Of a stretch of 64,000 bases of DNA, positions 59,708 to 64,000 are shown in pieces (position 1 is the stretch's first letter; each line of letters starts with the position of its first letter). The position numbers were made by a program, and so were the translations under genes. The stretch covers positions 44,330,001 to 44,394,000 of the forward strand of contig NC_091476.1 in assembly GCF_036971445.1 (NCBI RefSeq), read 5' to 3'. Below the pieces are notes generated by a model. That model searched no databases. It saw only the letters and a list, made by a program, of their open reading frames with translations, and was not told where the DNA came from. This stretch comes from Narcine bancroftii (taxonomy: Eukaryota).

Positions 59708-62700
59708 TTGGCATTGACAGGTACTGGTATTTTGGTAGTTATCTGCTAGTGTAATCTTTAATTCGGATTAGTTTGATACTTATTTGCATTTAAGCTGTTA
59801 TCTTTACCACGATTCTGGATACCTGTAAGCAGGATGATGACAGATGTTTACATAGTATCAAGAATAATTTGTGCAATATATCAAAGCCATTCTCCAGGTA
59901 CAGATGAATAAACAGTCACTAGGATTCACTTTTACACACGTGTTCAAGTTTTTTTTTTGCTTGCTGTTCCTGTGGAGCTTGTTACTTGTACATTGACCAT
60001 GAATGTGGCTTCAGCTAAATCTGTTGCATGCAGAGCTGTTCTGGTAAATGCAAGATATGTTCTGAAAAGATGCATGATAATCCATCACAGAATATTTTTT
60101 AAGCAAACATCCTGTACATGTCATTTGTTATGGTTCATTCATGTGGTGTCCTGCTGTGATGTATACTAAAGTAGCTACATTAAAATTATATTTTAAGATT
60201 TCTGAGAAAAAAGGAAAAAATATAAATGTAAAATGAACAGATCCTAAGTAGATTCCAGTTTCATTAACTTTGGTCATTTGGGGATGAGTTAGGGGAAGGG
60301 AATAATTTGGTTCTTCTGCAGACTTAACCATTTTTTTCTCTGCACTTTGCCATGCTTCTATGAAACTGCTTTGCAATTGAACCCCGTGTGCGTTGGCTAT
60401 GATCTGTACGATCTATAAGCATGCCCTCATGGCTGGTGGAAATTGACTTCATACAGTAATATGCCATCTGCTTAGTTAGTGGAATTGTGAGGTCAGAATA
60501 CCTATTGTTAAAATATCTCTTTTCCAGAAGCAAAATTACTTAAAAGACTAATGATGGACCATGTGCTGAGTAGGAACCACATTCTGATCCTTAAATAAAA
60601 ATACTGGAAATGCTTTGTCAATCAGACAGTATTTGTGAAGAGAGAAATGGTTCACATCCTAAACAACCTGCTGGAGGATCGCAGCAGACCATGCGTGGGA
60701 GGAATGAATGACCCATACCTTCTGTTTGTATCCTGCTTGACGTGTATATTTCCAGGATTTTCATTTTTTTTTTAGTTTTCAGATTTTCAACATCTGCAGC
60801 ATTTTGCTTTTGGACCTTGATCCAAAATGTTTACTCTTGGATAAGATGGTACATTTTTTTAATCACACCTTAGTGGAGTCGGCAGTCTTAATTAATTGGG
60901 CTTCTTTCCAATTCAAAATTCTGGGTGTATACCCCACTCTTGGACTCTTGACTTTATGTACCAGTCAAATACTGAGAAGGTACTGCATTATTAGAAGGTC
61001 AACCTTTTGCCGGGGGAGGGGGGGGAGAGAGTTTGATTTCAAGTGAACTGAAGGAGTAACCGAAATATTTTCTCATCCAGTACCACCCAGCTAATTACTT
61101 AGAACATTGTAAATTTCTTTGAGCACAAATCCCCTATACGATTTGTTGTTTTGATCTTGAAATTCAATATCTGCCATTTGTTTTCATATTTTTTGAAATA
61201 CAGTAAGGTGCAAGTCTTATTTTCAAAAGATTAAAATGCAATTCCTAAGTGATCTGTAATTTCAGTCAATTGGCTTTTGTTTAAAATTGTTACTTCCTAT
61301 CCAAATGACATTAATTGTTTTCTGTACTAGGTTATGTTAACCTGAAATAGAACATAATAGAAGCAGGAGTCAGCAAATCTGGCCCCTTAAGCTCGCTCTG
61401 CCATTCAAGAAGATCATTCTGATTTAACAATGTACTCAGCTCCACCTACTTGCCTGTTCTCTATAACCCTTAATTCCCATACAGTTTAAAAGGCTGTCTC
61501 TCCATAGATTCACTACTCTCTTGGAGAAGCAGTTCAATCCACTCAGAACTCTCCATCCATCTTGTTATAAGCTAGTTCGCCATTGTCCACTTTGCTTCTT
61601 TGCAAAGCCATTGTTTGGTGTTTTGGTTTTGCTTCTCATGTTAATACTGCAGGTTAATTATGATCATTACTTTCATTTGAAGTGTCTCAACTTTTATTTG
61701 AAGTCAGACAAGATTACCAGCTTTGAAGTCATGGCTGTCATTTCTCAGACAAGAAAACCCTGACTTCTATGCAGCCATAGTACAGGCTATTAGAAAACTC
61801 TTAAAGGTTCAGATCACAACCTAAGGATCAGGGGTTAGCCATTTCAGAGTGAGATAAAATTTCTTAAACGTGTGGAAATGTCTACCACAGAACAAAAAGT
61901 TGAATTTAGATAATTAAATATATTAGAGAAGAAATATGTGGCTTAATAAAAAGTTCAGATTTATTGTCAGTACATACATGACATCACATACAGCCCTGAG
62001 ATTTGTTTTCCCTGAGGCTATAGGAGGAAATCGGGTGCAGGGTATTGAATTTGGAGGTTCCACTGTGAACATATTGCCTGCTGGGGCAGGTTCAAAGAGC
62101 CAAATGGGCTACTGCTATTTTCTCTTTCAATGTTTACCCTTCAGTACATTTTATTGTGGATGTGCATTTGGTATAGATAGTATTACCTTGATGGAAAATG
62201 CCTGATTCTAAAATTTTAAAGACAAATAGAGGTGGATGAGTGAAACTATTACAACTGATTGAGGAGTGCGAGTCTAGAGAGAGTATGGATCTAGTGGACA
62301 TGATCTAAGATAACTGGGGAGAATTTAGCAGAGGCGTCTTGACCCACAGGGTGAAACTGTCGTGTGAACCAGATGGATTAATTTTGAATCTGAAATGGCC
62401 TGAACCAAATCTATTAAACAGTGTGGGCAAAGGAAAATTCTACAAATGGAAGCAAGTTGCAGATCAACTTGTGACCTTGCTGAACAGTGGACCAAAGTTG
62501 AGGGTTGAAGTCACCACTCCAATTCAAAGATTTTTGTTTATTTTACAATTAGGAAAATGCCAGGGCAAACATGAGGGCGAAGGGCTTTTGCTAAATGAAC
62601 TTCCATTGTTTTAAAGGAGCCAAGTACTTGAGAGAAAAAGGTAGAAAGTGGGGTGCAAACAAATTTTTGGATCCATCTATTTAAAGCAAATTGGTTATCT

Positions 62701-63264
62701 GTTTGAAATTATAGCAATTTCAGACATTTGCAACCATTCTTGCAATCGAACAGCATTATCAAAAAATCTAGAAGAATAAACCTACCCTCCAAAAAAAATC
62801 TCTTGCACACAGCACTAGTGATTTTTTTTTAAATTCCTCTTGGAATGCTATACAAATTCACACATGCATAAATGAATGTAACTGATTCCTTGGGTGGATC
62901 GGCTTTGACAGCCTGCATACATGGGGTCATGATCATTCAGTGTGATAATTAATACTTACCACAGAGCCAACTCAAAAGCTCCCTCTCTGCAACCATTTTA
63001 AATTAGGCCATTATTAAACATCAGTAAGTTATTATCTAATAAAATGTGCTTACCCACCTAACTTGAATCCTCTGAAGCAGAAAAATTATTTTCTGCGCTA
63101 CCATATCAAAGCCTGAAAGTCAGACCACACCTCTGCATTTCCTGCTGTTTGATTGGAGGAAACAGAATGAGAGCGTACTACTTACTGCTCAGCAGATCTT
63201 TATTTTGATGCACAAGTAAATACCAGCACACTGAAGCAGAACTGGGGAGTCTACTTATTAACCG

Positions 63265-63459
63265 TTTATTTTATTTTATTTTCTTTAAATTTTTCACACT
63301 ATAAACCATATTGATCAAGATACATACATTTTCCTTCTTGAATATATAGTGTCATTTTCTCCCCCGCCTTCCCTCCTCCCCTCCCATTTATTTAAAGTTC
63401 AGAAAATAAGATACATTAAACCCATCAAACAATGTTGTCACTCAATAAAAATAAACAAG
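63265..63459 (-). mobile_element. 3' UTR tip of the L1 family of 1783-7742
   Basis: Reverse complement closely matches 7531-7730 (cttgtttatttttattgagtgacaacattgtttgatggg...ggtttatagtgtgaaaa). Confidence 0.88.
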
Positions 63460-63807
63460 TCTTCAGGAACAGTGCACTAATAATTTGCCTTTATGTCCTT
63501 GCCAAGCATGTGACAAGGTTTTGGAAAATTCTATTGAGATTACAGTTAAACAATTCCAATCAAACAACAGTTTTCAATGTTTAATTAAAATGTAAATTAG
63601 TTGGCAACAAGTCTCTGAAATTATTGTCTATGAATGATGTCACTGAAATAATAGCAACCTTGCTAAATTTAATAACTTCAAACACGGGGGTGGGGGGGTG
63701 GTGGAGGGAAATAATTTTTAACCAACCTACCAAACACTGAAAGGGCTGGAAGATATTTCCAGTAGTGGGAGAGTCGAGGACAGACAGCACAGCCTCAACA
63801 CTTCAGA

Positions 63808-64000
63808 ACAGATGAGAAGTTTCTTCACCCAGATGATGATGGATCTGTGGAATTTGTTGTCACAGACTGCTGAGGAGGCTGTCATTGGGTAGATTTGAAG
63901 CAGAGGTTGATAAGTTCTTGATCAGTAAGGGTGCCAAGACTTATGGGTAGAAGGCAGGAACATGGGGTTGAGAGGAAAATTGTACCATCTATGATTTGAA
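63808..64000 (+). mobile_element. CR1 3' fragment running off the window
   Basis: acagatgagaagtttcttcacccaga...tctgtggaatttgttgtcacag...aagcagaggttgataagttcttgatcagtaaggg. Confidence 0.75.

Noticed and set aside
59721-64000. Final ATP11C exon encoding a b-type (LLxY) tail and 3' UTR
   Set aside because: No convincing acceptor plus matching peptide found by eye; it probably lies beyond the window.
1-64000. CRISPR array, prokaryotic operon or defence system
   Set aside because: No regularly spaced repeat-spacer array. The DNA is an intron-rich vertebrate locus, and the RT/endonuclease hits are ordinary retrotransposons.

Overview
Eukaryotic vertebrate genomic DNA. The repeat landscape (CR1, Rex/Babar, Penelope, V-SINE, L1, RTE, Gypsy) suggests a cartilaginous fish; that is inference. 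The whole window lies inside one + strand gene encoding a P4-type ATPase phospholipid flippase, best matching ATP11C. Eighteen GT-AG exons (664-53022) join in phase into about 817 codons (PVSM, DKTGT, KGAD, TGD and GDGAND motifs, TM3-TM10). Two stop-containing alternative C-terminal exons follow (56720-56810, 59612-59720). The 5' exons and the last exon are outside the window. Introns are packed with transposon relics: a full-length decayed 5.96-kb L1-clade element with a 14-bp TSD nested in the GDFN region of an older CR1, a Gypsy fragment with one LTR and PPT, Penelope GIY-YIG fragments with hammerhead-like cores, V-SINEs, RTE tails and DNA-transposon MITEs. There is a 189-nt N gap. I found no prokaryotic-type system (CRISPR, operon) and no clearly novel system. 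The most notable items are the alternative C-terminal exon switch, the retained caspase sites, the hammerhead-like Penelope motifs and a few unexplained micro-homologies.
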